From: an uncultured Geobacteraceae bacterium
Lineage (GTDB): Bacteria; Desulfobacterota; Desulfuromonadia; Geobacterales; Pseudopelobacteraceae
Assembly (NCBI GenBank): GCA_903958085.1
Contig: CAJBRY010000657.1
Location: 1 to 61,591 of the forward strand
Direction of reading: 5' to 3'
DNA: 61,591 nucleotides
Shown here: positions 38,469 through 46,368 of the stretch, in pieces
How the letters are laid out: each line of letters starts with the position of its first letter
Position numbering within the stretch: position 1 is the stretch's first letter
Notes under the pieces: generated by a model
What the model was told of the DNA's origin: nothing
The model's input: the letters and a program-made list of their open reading frames with translations, nothing else
The model's database searches: none
Made by a program: the position numbers and the translations under genes

Positions 38469-38907
38469 CCACTTCTCCCGCTACCCTGGCCGGCTTGATT
38501 TTAGAGCGCATAACACTGGTAATCTGTTCTGCCAGGCGTACATATTCAGGTAATCGCCGCCATATCGACTCTGCCATCTCTTGACGATAGATATGACTGA
38601 GTTGATTTCTGTCATTGATCGCTCGGATAAGCAGTTCATATAACTCATAATCGCAGTAACCTGCCTCTACAAATTCTTTTGCAACTGATTTCGGGGTGAT
38701 GACATCGACACCATCGACCTCAAATAGGAATATCTGGACTGTTTTCCAAAGCAGCTCGACTGTGAACTCAAATTTCTGAATCTGCCCGGACTTGATATTA
38801 TCCGCCACAAGCTCTGGAAACAATGAGGGTTCGAGCGTCAACGCATCGTGAAAGTTTGATAATGCTGCGTCCAGGTCGTTTAGTTTGCGCGTGAACTTTG
38901 TTTCCAT
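38458..38907 (-). CDS. hepT: HEPN-domain toxin, HI0074/HepT family (nucleotidyltransferase substrate-binding protein)
   Basis: 149 aa. Rx4H motif RNQLSH followed by IY. 28-nt overlap with the upstream MNT gene. Confidence 0.75.
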   Translation of the reverse strand: METKFTRKLNDLDAALSNFHDALTLEPSLFPELVADNIKSGQIQKFEFTVELLWKTVQIFLFEVDGVDVITPKSVAKEFVEAGYCDYELYELLIRAINDRNQLSHIYRQEMAESIWRRLPEYVRLAEQITSVMRSKIKPARVAGEVDEG

Positions 38908-39218
38908 ATTATAACCTCTTTCATGACAACTTCTCTAAAGCTGCTCGGAACCATGTCAATATTCACCAAATCAACATGGTGCGGAATCACGCTCTCTTCC
39001 AGCTCTGAAAGCAGGCGATCTCTGGCTTTAGTGAATTCCTGCTCACTTAATCCGCTGAAACCTATATCGAAGTCAGAGCTTCTACGATGTACGCCTCGTG
39101 CACGTGATCCAAATAAAAAAATAGTACAATCCAGATTGGATGTTATTCGAAGCACCAAGCCCCGCATTTGGTTGAGGTATTTCAATTCGATCATATCGTT
39201 ATGGAGAGTTTCTTCCAT
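38880..39218 (-). CDS. mntA: Minimal nucleotidyltransferase (MNT) antitoxin, MntA family
   Basis: 112 aa. LFGSRARG...SDFDIGF (GS-X-DxD pol-beta NTase motif). GGAG RBS 8 nt upstream. Confidence 0.75.
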   Translation of the reverse strand: MEETLHNDMIELKYLNQMRGLVLRITSNLDCTIFLFGSRARGVHRRSSDFDIGFSGLSEQEFTKARDRLLSELEESVIPHHVDLVNIDMVPSSFREVVMKEVIIWKQSSRAN

Positions 39219-39240
39219 TATTTGACTCCGGACCGCATTT

Positions 39241-39543
39241 TCATAACACTATCAAGTCATCCTCTTCAAAAACGCGTTCCGCTATCTTGCCAATACGCTC
39301 CCAATACTGCATCGGTGACAAGCCATTACCTGAACATTTAACAGTAATGTTTTCTTCGCTAAACGGTTCGCTCAATAGGATTTTCCGGACAGTAACGATA
39401 CTCTTCCGCGCAACCGCTGCATTGGCGACCTCGGATGGTGACGGATGTTTTCTGTTTGAGCCAAGCGCCCGTTCAACCTGGCGAATTCCCACAACCATCT
39501 GAATAAGTTCATCTGGTGTAAGCGATGCCTTGTGATCCTGATC
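39241..39543 (-). pseudogene. 3' remnant of a NeuB/LegI-type nonulosonic acid synthase (SAF domain region only)
   Basis: The frame reads DQDHKASLTPDELIQMVVGIRQVERALGS...ARKSIVT...KCSGNGLSP...DDLIVL*, about the last 100 of roughly 340 residues. No upstream TIM-barrel part is present. Confidence 0.6.
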
Positions 39544-39614
39544 AGCTCCTCTGTAAGATGCGAACCGATAAAACCGTCAGCGCCGGTTACAAGAATTAAT
39601 TTGTTATTTAACAT
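39537..39614 (-). pseudogene. 5' remnant of an NAD-dependent sugar epimerase/dehydratase (LegB-like), fused out of frame to the neuB remnant
   Basis: MLNNKLILVTGADGFIGSHLTEELI, after which the family signal stops. The rest of track ORF 39372-39614 is the neuB remnant read in the wrong frame. Confidence 0.6.
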
Positions 39615-39630
39615 TTGGAGTACGCCTCTG

Positions 39631-39658
39631 CATCATTCGATCTGTTATGTAAGTGCCA
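39631..39658 (-). repeat. Conserved leader element, copy 2 (upstream of the truncated epimerase)
   Basis: Minus strand reads TGGCACTTACATAACAGATCGAATGATG. See 38293-38318. Confidence 0.6.
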
Positions 39659-39671
39659 TTACCGCAAATAA

Positions 39672-40409
39672 TCAGTTAATAATTGCCAGTAGACGTTTGA
39701 TTTGATGTCCCAGCATCTTGTAGCACGCGTAATCAATCCTGCCTATGGAAACAAGAAATTTGAACTCCTCTTGTTTCCATAGAGAACGATTTTGTCTGCT
39801 GAACCCACCTTCATAGTAATTTGCAATCGGAATATCTACAAATTTTGTTTTATTGAGCCCTTCCCGTTTAAGCAAACTATATGTCAGCACTCTGTCGGCA
39901 ATTATCTTATAGCAAGTGTCATAAATACCTATGGAATCCCTTTTATAGAAAATTGCCTGGTGACAGAGTGGGGTGCCTCTAATCAGTTTGTTGATACTTT
40001 TAAGCGGTTTCCCCTTTTGATATGAAAGTGTGCCGTCCTCATGCAGCATGTTGGCCTTTCCATACACCATAGAGAAGCCTTCCGCAAAAACGGGGGCAAG
40101 AGATTCAAGATTAACCACCAGTTCATCACCGGAATTGAGAAATAGGAGATACTCGCCTGAACTGTGGACAATGCCCTTATTCATTGCATCGTATATACCA
40201 CTATCATGCTCACTGATACAGTAGTCAATAACGGGTTTGTACTGTTTTATCACTTCCAGGGTTCCATCAGTGGAGCCGCCGTCAATGACAATATATTCCA
40301 GTCCAGGATATGCACGACTGCTGACACTCTTGATAGTCCTGAGAAGGCCCTGTTCATCGTTTTTTACCACGGTAATAATTGAAACCAGTGGTTTTGTGCC
40401 ACCTCCCAT
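39672..40409 (-). CDS. Glycosyltransferase family 2
   Basis: VSIITVVKNDEQ...YIVIDGGSTDGT...DSGIYDAMNKG. Start set at ATG 40409 (MGGGTKP). Confidence 0.8.
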   Translation of the reverse strand: MGGGTKPLVSIITVVKNDEQGLLRTIKSVSSRAYPGLEYIVIDGGSTDGTLEVIKQYKPVIDYCISEHDSGIYDAMNKGIVHSSGEYLLFLNSGDELVVNLESLAPVFAEGFSMVYGKANMLHEDGTLSYQKGKPLKSINKLIRGTPLCHQAIFYKRDSIGIYDTCYKIIADRVLTYSLLKREGLNKTKFVDIPIANYYEGGFSRQNRSLWKQEEFKFLVSIGRIDYACYKMLGHQIKRLLAIIN

Positions 40410-40410
40410 T

Positions 40411-41367
40411 TTACGCCTTCCTGCGCAGGAAAAATGCAGCCTGATCTCCAAGGTGCTGAATGTTGAGCGCTTTTGCCCTCTCCCTGAATTTTTTGATATC
40501 AGAATGGGTAAATATCGACTCTTTCCGGTTTATCGCAAAAGATCTTTCGGACATATAAGGGATTCCTTGCACCAATTGTTCACTACCATAGAACTGCATT
40601 ATTGAAGAATCGTAGACAATATCAGCCAGTTCAAAGCCTCCTTTTTGAGCCAATAGTTCAATGCTTTTTACAGAATGTAGAAAAAGATGCCTCGGAGCGT
40701 CAATCTGCACCCAGTTTACACCGTAATGATTCCAGGCAAAAGAAGATACTGTGGGTATTCTTATTAAGCATGTGCCATCCTCTTTAAGAATCCGGGCAAC
40801 AGATTTAAGTGCACCAGCAGGGTTTGGAATATGTTCAAAGGAATGGTTGAACATAACCAGATCCCATTTTCCGGATAGTTCATCTATCCCACTTTTGAGG
40901 ATCTTTACATCGTTTCCGTGATCAAGATCTTTCTGAATATAAGGATCGGCACCGGTCAAGTTTGAAAACCCAATATCCCTGAGCGAAAGAAGCAGCGAAC
41001 CCGCTCCGCAACCGACATCCAGGATACTGGAATCTCTGTTGACTCCAGTCCTGGCTATTATGTGCAAAGGTTGCCGATCAAAAAAAACTGCAAAAGGTTT
41101 CATGAACGGGGATACAGCACTATAAAATGCCATCCGGTTCCTTAAAATTCTGTTCAGCCGCTTTAAAAGAGGTGCTGCTACAGGAACATTATAGCTGTAA
41201 TATCCGCTGGAATAGAAGCGTTCCATGTCTTTAGGTTGTTCAGAAATTTGCAGGCAGTTGCATTCGGCGCATTGAAAATAGTCAAACTGGTCCGGAAGCC
41301 CAAACATCATCTCCTTGATTAGATAACTTTTGTTGTCATCATTGTTTCCACAAATCCTGCATTTCAC
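40411..41367 (-). CDS. Class I SAM-dependent methyltransferase with N-terminal zinc-ribbon
   Basis: CRICG...CAECNC, then ILDVGCGAGS and MFNHSFEHIPNP. Confidence 0.75.
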   Translation of the reverse strand: MKCRICGNNDDNKSYLIKEMMFGLPDQFDYFQCAECNCLQISEQPKDMERFYSSGYYSYNVPVAAPLLKRLNRILRNRMAFYSAVSPFMKPFAVFFDRQPLHIIARTGVNRDSSILDVGCGAGSLLLSLRDIGFSNLTGADPYIQKDLDHGNDVKILKSGIDELSGKWDLVMFNHSFEHIPNPAGALKSVARILKEDGTCLIRIPTVSSFAWNHYGVNWVQIDAPRHLFLHSVKSIELLAQKGGFELADIVYDSSIMQFYGSEQLVQGIPYMSERSFAINRKESIFTHSDIKKFRERAKALNIQHLGDQAAFFLRRKA

Positions 41368-42479
41368 TTATCTGTTGCTCCATTTATTCCAGAAATAATG
41401 TTAAAAAACTCAATGTACCTTGTTGACATCGCATCCGCACTGAACCTGGTTGTGACAAGCTTGACTCCAGTTTTCCCCATTTCAAACCGTCTCTGATGAT
41501 CTTTAAGCAGAGCGATGACCTCTGAAGCAAACTCAGTAATGCCACCCTCTACAAGTGCCCCAGCACAGTTCCCTTCAAAAATATCCTTCTGCCCCCCCTC
41601 ATTATAACAAACTACCGGTGTCCCGGCAGACAGGCTCTCCAGATGGATAAGCCCGAAACCTTCTTTACGAAAAGTGCTAACCGAAAGATCAAGATCAAAG
41701 TAGATATCTGCCATTTTTTCGTGAGGAATTTTGCCAGTGAAGATCAAACTTTCCACTACCCCAAGCTGCTCAGCCTTTTTCATAAGCGGCACGACCAGTC
41801 CAGAATCCGTATTATCTCCCACCAGCGCTACCTTTATCGATGGAAATTCACGCTTCAAAATCGGAATAATCTCAATCAGTTCTCCCTGGCTTTTGAAAAA
41901 CGCCCCAACCATACCGACCAGGGGAAAGGCTGTTCCATCGAAAAAACGCCGCTTGCGCTCAACGGTGAACTTTTCAGTCGATGGTTCTCTTAATACCGTG
42001 ATGCCGTTCGGCAGAATTTTTATCTGAGAACAGATACGAGCGTTTGTCGCAATGAGCGTGTCACGAATGAAAGATGAAACACAAATCACTGCATCTACAA
42101 AGCGAAGAAAAGGCTGCCTTCGGGTAGTAGCAGTATGATAACACATTACTAGCTTACGTTTATTTCCAAAGGGAAAAGCCAGTTTCCAGGCAAGTACGGT
42201 TCGAATGAGATCGTGTTCCCTTGTTATCATAACAATGTCAAAACAGTTACGCCGAAAGATCGAGGCGATATCACCTATTGAGTGAAAAATACTACTGCCT
42301 GCAGCGCATGAAGTTGAAACAGGAAATTCTAAAGCTGCAAAATTTTTCTCTGACAGAGAGTCTGGCCGGCAGAGAAAATGGGGTGAAAATCCTTTTTTTG
42401 CCAGTTCAAGCGACAACGTCTTCAACTGTTCCTGTCCGCCACCCCACCCTTTGTCAAAGTTAGTCAATAATATTTTCAT
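41364..42479 (-). CDS. Glycosyltransferase family 4 (GT-B)
   Basis: MKILLTNFDKGWGGGQ and C-terminal EGFGLIHLESLSAGTPVV (E-X7-E region). Start at ATG 42479. Confidence 0.8.
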   Translation of the reverse strand: MKILLTNFDKGWGGGQEQLKTLSLELAKKGFSPHFLCRPDSLSEKNFAALEFPVSTSCAAGSSIFHSIGDIASIFRRNCFDIVMITREHDLIRTVLAWKLAFPFGNKRKLVMCYHTATTRRQPFLRFVDAVICVSSFIRDTLIATNARICSQIKILPNGITVLREPSTEKFTVERKRRFFDGTAFPLVGMVGAFFKSQGELIEIIPILKREFPSIKVALVGDNTDSGLVVPLMKKAEQLGVVESLIFTGKIPHEKMADIYFDLDLSVSTFRKEGFGLIHLESLSAGTPVVCYNEGGQKDIFEGNCAGALVEGGITEFASEVIALLKDHQRRFEMGKTGVKLVTTRFSADAMSTRYIEFFNIISGINGATDK

Positions 42480-42508
42480 AGTATTAAAGCCGCAAAGCAT
42501 AGCATATG

Positions 42509-43336
42509 CTAAGGTTTGCTTATTCCGTTAACGCAACACGGTTCGCGCAATGTGATCCTGTTCTTCAAAATCTGCATATTGTGCTGGTAAATTTCATTAG
42601 CTGTGTTCCAGGATGCTTTGTGCCAAAGATGAAAAACAATGGCCAGAGACCTTACCGATTTAAGTTTTCCCCCTGAATTCAAAACCCTGATGCCAAGATC
42701 GTTGTCTTCCACTGAACCATCACGAAAATCTTCATCGCAGCCATTAATTGCGTAAAACAAATCCTTATGAACACTGAAATTACAGCCCCATATTCCATCA
42801 TCACTGATTAAGTCCTTATGCAAAAGTTTACGGAGCAGAGGACTTTTTATCCGTATCGCCTCTTCTACCTTTCTGCTTTTGTGGCATAATGAATCCAGCA
42901 GCAACTCTATTGAAAGTCTGTTTACAAGCTTTTGTTCTTTAAGCACACAATCGGAAAGAATCTGGCCTAATTCCACTCTCTTTCCCCCGAGCATTACCTC
43001 TGGTTCTGCAGAAAGGAGATGTGACCGTATAAAATCCGGATGCGCCATACAATCGCCATCGATAAAAACCAGATAATCACAAGTCGAATTTCTCACCGTT
43101 TCATTGATAATTTTTGGTTTTTGAAATCCTTCATCTTTCTGCCAAATATGTTTCAGCTCAAATTTACAATTTATTGACCGACCAAAATTTTCGATTGTGC
43201 GGCGTGTCTCTTCGCCACTTCCATCATCGGCAACCAGAACCTCATCAGGCAGCAAACTTTGTCGCGACAGGCTAACAAGGCATAAGCGGAGAGCCTCTGG
43301 TCTGTTATAAGTCGGAACTACAACGGATGTCTTCAT
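42509..43336 (-). CDS. Glycosyltransferase family 2
   Basis: SVVVPTYNRPEAL...VLVADDGSGEET...VFIDGDC. Confidence 0.8.
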   Translation of the reverse strand: MKTSVVVPTYNRPEALRLCLVSLSRQSLLPDEVLVADDGSGEETRRTIENFGRSINCKFELKHIWQKDEGFQKPKIINETVRNSTCDYLVFIDGDCMAHPDFIRSHLLSAEPEVMLGGKRVELGQILSDCVLKEQKLVNRLSIELLLDSLCHKSRKVEEAIRIKSPLLRKLLHKDLISDDGIWGCNFSVHKDLFYAINGCDEDFRDGSVEDNDLGIRVLNSGGKLKSVRSLAIVFHLWHKASWNTANEIYQHNMQILKNRITLREPCCVNGISKP

Positions 43337-43349
43337 AGAAGAACTCCAA

Positions 43350-44123
43350 TCATAACTCTTCCTTGAAACGCATCAGTTTGTGCTGGATCTCGTATAATTT
43401 CAGATATTTCATAAAAACGCAGTGTGCTTCCATAACTGCGATTACAAACCCTGCAAGGCCGTCGAGAAAACCAAGACGAACAAAGTAGCGGGAGATGAAA
43501 GCATGAAGTGGGCGGAGCGTTACATTCAGAAGATTCGCTCTCCTGCCGTTTCTATTATGGTCAATTGCAGTCAAAGTCGAATATGAATTTTTTGTTGCGG
43601 CAAAGTGGGACAAGTCTCGATAAATGTAATGCAACAGATCACCCTTCAGTCTGCCAAGTTTCCCAGGCACCTGAACTTTATCGTGGGGGGCATAACCGTC
43701 CCAGTAACAGTGATCTTTTCTAAAAAGGCGGATATTACGGTCTGGATACCAACCGGAGTGATGTATCCAGCGATGCATAAAATAATGCAGACGAGGCATT
43801 TCGAAAGCATCGAAGAGAGTGGAATCCAGATCAATGGCAAGAATCTCGTCCCGTAGTTCCCGCGTAATACGCTCATCGGCATCGATACTAAACACCCATA
43901 AATTGCTCGCCTGATCTGTTACAAACTGGCTTGTGACGATATGCCCTGCCCAAGGTCGCAATATTACCTTATCCGTAAATTCGCGGGCAATACTTGCCGT
44001 AGAATCAGTACTGCATGAATCAACAACTATTATTTCATCCGCCCAGCGAACGCTCTCAAGACATTCCCGTAAATTTTGCTCTTCGTTAAAGGTTCTGACC
44101 GTTATGCTTATCTTTGCTGCCAT
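43350..44123 (-). CDS. Glycosyltransferase family 2 (LPS core type)
   Basis: ISITVRTFNEEQNL...IIVVDSCSTDST. Start set at ATG 44123, which has GAGG 9 nt upstream. The track start at 44138 is TTG. Confidence 0.75.
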   Translation of the reverse strand: MAAKISITVRTFNEEQNLRECLESVRWADEIIVVDSCSTDSTASIAREFTDKVILRPWAGHIVTSQFVTDQASNLWVFSIDADERITRELRDEILAIDLDSTLFDAFEMPRLHYFMHRWIHHSGWYPDRNIRLFRKDHCYWDGYAPHDKVQVPGKLGRLKGDLLHYIYRDLSHFAATKNSYSTLTAIDHNRNGRRANLLNVTLRPLHAFISRYFVRLGFLDGLAGFVIAVMEAHCVFMKYLKLYEIQHKLMRFKEEL

Positions 44124-44124
44124 A

Positions 44125-45213
44125 TCAGACATCCTCAAGCTTAGAAAGTATTTCAGTTAATAATTGATTGCAAGCTGCAACAACTGCATCAACTTCGATT
44201 GACTCAATGCACTCCGGCTTACCTTGTGCTGACGGCAGACATTCTGTAAAAAACTTCTGACGGCATGGCGAACATTTTAAATGACGATACATAACCGTTG
44301 CACGGTTACTCCAAGGTCCGAACTTGAGCGGAGACTGTGGGCCAAAAATGGCGACCAGCGGAATGCCGGCGGCGGCTGCCAGGTGCATTATCCCGCTGTC
44401 ATTACCGACAAACAGTTTACAGCGTTTCAGCAGAGCCATCGTAACCCGTAAACTGTTTTTGCCCACCAGGTCAACGGAAGTTGACGCAAAACGATCGGCA
44501 ACCGATTCAAAAAGATCGCGATCGTTCGGTGCTCCAAGAATCAGTGGACGATAGCCTGACTCAGCCAGATGAGTTGCCAGAGCAGCAAAATTGTTCAGGT
44601 GCCAGCCACGTTCCGGTATCGACGAAAATGGATGCAAAGCCACCAGCTTTTCGGCCCGTGCAACAGCATTATTGACCAGCAGCTCATCGGCCAAGGCTTG
44701 TTCAGTGGGACTAGTCCAGTACTCCAGATAGTTGTCAACAACCGGAATTCCGTCAGCCTCCAAAATATCAAGAAAACTGAGCACTTCATGCTGCACTGGA
44801 CGATATGAGACCGGTTTGGTCAGCAGAAAACTACGCCCTTCGGTGGCAAAGCCGATGCGTTCGCCTGCACCGCTGAATATTGCCATCAAAGCGCTCGAAA
44901 AGGAGCGCTTCAGAACATATACCTTATCAAAACGCTTGGCGCGTAATTCCATTATAAATGCAAGCTTTTGCCGCCAGGTGCGGTGGTTGCCTCTGGAGTC
45001 TGCATGTATGGTGACCGGATCCCAGAAGATCAGCTCATTAATGTATGGAATTCCGTTCACAACCTCTGATGATCCTGGCGCTACAACCCAGGCAATGTAG
45101 GCATCAGGCTCTGCACTTCGCAAGTTGCGAAGGAATGGAACGGTAAGAATAGTGTCGCCGATGAAACGGTAACGCAAGACAATAATACGTTTTTGTGGCT
45201 TCTGGATCGTCAC
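44125..45213 (-). CDS. Glycosyltransferase family 9 (heptosyltransferase, WaaF/WaaC-like)
   Basis: RIIVLRYRFIGDTILTVP and GNDSGIMHLAAA motifs. GTG start. Confidence 0.75.
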   Translation of the reverse strand: MTIQKPQKRIIVLRYRFIGDTILTVPFLRNLRSAEPDAYIAWVVAPGSSEVVNGIPYINELIFWDPVTIHADSRGNHRTWRQKLAFIMELRAKRFDKVYVLKRSFSSALMAIFSGAGERIGFATEGRSFLLTKPVSYRPVQHEVLSFLDILEADGIPVVDNYLEYWTSPTEQALADELLVNNAVARAEKLVALHPFSSIPERGWHLNNFAALATHLAESGYRPLILGAPNDRDLFESVADRFASTSVDLVGKNSLRVTMALLKRCKLFVGNDSGIMHLAAAAGIPLVAIFGPQSPLKFGPWSNRATVMYRHLKCSPCRQKFFTECLPSAQGKPECIESIEVDAVVAACNQLLTEILSKLEDV

Positions 45214-45282
45214 TTGTTTGTCTTGCTCCGCTTCATTATTTCTGCCATCCAGTCATATTTTTGAACAGTGCCATACTTGCAA

Positions 45283-46368
45283 TCACTTTTGAAGCAAATT
45301 AATTACCCGCTTATTCAGAACATCGGCATCATCTATAACCAACTCTAAATTGGCAACATAGATCCTTCTAGCCAGTTCATCCGGGATTCCCTCAAGCTTG
45401 ACAGCATCTTTTGCTGTGGTAATCAGATAATCGATGGATTCTGAACGGACAGCGGCCAAAATTTCATGCTGTTTCTCCACTGTGTAGGGCGAATGGTCGG
45501 AAAAGGCAATTTTATGAACCAGCTGAAGTCCATGATTTTGCAAGCCTTCGAAAAATGACAGTGGTTCTGCAATTGCTGCAAAAGCAAGAATCCGTTTCCC
45601 AGTCAACTCATGCAGCAAAATACTGCTTCCTCCTAAAAACGGCTCCAGGTTTTGCAAAAAATGATGGGCTATAATATTCGGCTTTCCTAGAAGTTGATAT
45701 TGCAGTTTTACACCTTCAGGACAACGGGTATGAATTATAATATCCGCCCGAAGAGCTGCAGCTTCCGGCTCCCGAAGTAAACCGGCAGGCAGGGTCAAGC
45801 CGTTGCCAAAAGGGAGAACATAATCCAGTAGTAGAATATTAAGATCCCGATGCAAGCGAAGATGCTGGAAACCATCATCCATGATAAAGATATCTGGAGA
45901 GAGTTGTTTCATTGCCAGCATTCCGGTAGCATAACGATCAGTGCCGATAACTACCATCAAACCCGGGATTGTTGATGCAAGCAAATATGGTTCGTCCCCA
46001 CATTCAGCGGCACTCAGCATGACACTGTGTCCATCACTTACGACAAATGTCTCTCCCTCCAGTGAACCTCCGTAACCGCGTGAAAGGATCGCTACCCGAA
46101 AATTTTGTTCCAGCAGAAACCTCGCAATATACGCAGTGACCGGAGTTTTTCCGGTTCCGCCAACAGTAATGTTTCCAACTGAGATAACCGGGCGCGGCAG
46201 TTTATTTGTTCTGAAGATTCCGATTTTATACAGCAAGGCGCGCAACTTTTGGCAGTAGGCATATATACCGGATAGCGGAAGCATTAGAGTCAGCAGTAGC
46301 CGAGCCATTAAATCCGTGCTTCTTCCTGACGCAATTTCGCGCCAGTATGTCGAGAGAGTTGCATTCAT
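45283..46368 (-). CDS. lpxK: Tetraacyldisaccharide 4'-kinase
   Basis: VISVGNITVGGTGKTP P-loop. 361 aa. ATGA overlap with waaA. Confidence 0.88.
   Translation of the reverse strand: MNATLSTYWREIASGRSTDLMARLLLTLMLPLSGIYAYCQKLRALLYKIGIFRTNKLPRPVISVGNITVGGTGKTPVTAYIARFLLEQNFRVAILSRGYGGSLEGETFVVSDGHSVMLSAAECGDEPYLLASTIPGLMVVIGTDRYATGMLAMKQLSPDIFIMDDGFQHLRLHRDLNILLLDYVLPFGNGLTLPAGLLREPEAAALRADIIIHTRCPEGVKLQYQLLGKPNIIAHHFLQNLEPFLGGSSILLHELTGKRILAFAAIAEPLSFFEGLQNHGLQLVHKIAFSDHSPYTVEKQHEILAAVRSESIDYLITTAKDAVKLEGIPDELARRIYVANLELVIDDADVLNKRVINLLQK

Noticed and set aside
38311-38553. 80-aa plus-strand ORF between pseB and hepT
   Set aside because: It is antisense to the hepT 3' end and to the NeuD-like remnant. 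There is no RBS and no recognisable motif.
39372-39614. 80-aa ORF as a genuine small protein
   Set aside because: Only the first 25 or so residues look like an SDR N-terminus. The remainder is the neuB remnant read out of frame, so this is treated as a fusion scar.
38293-39658. TGGCAC / TGGCTC in the duplicated leader elements as sigma-54 -24 boxes
   Set aside because: The position 10 nt after the GG lacks the obligatory GC. It reads AC in one copy and AG in the other, so the -12 element is missing.
41592-41598. G7/C7 homopolymer inside the GT4 gene (and an A8/T8 tract at 26925-26932 in the 586-aa gene) as phase-variation switches
   Set aside because: The tracts are short for slipped-strand switching. 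An identical C7 run occurs in the housekeeping lolD gene (57620-57626), so this is not distinctive.
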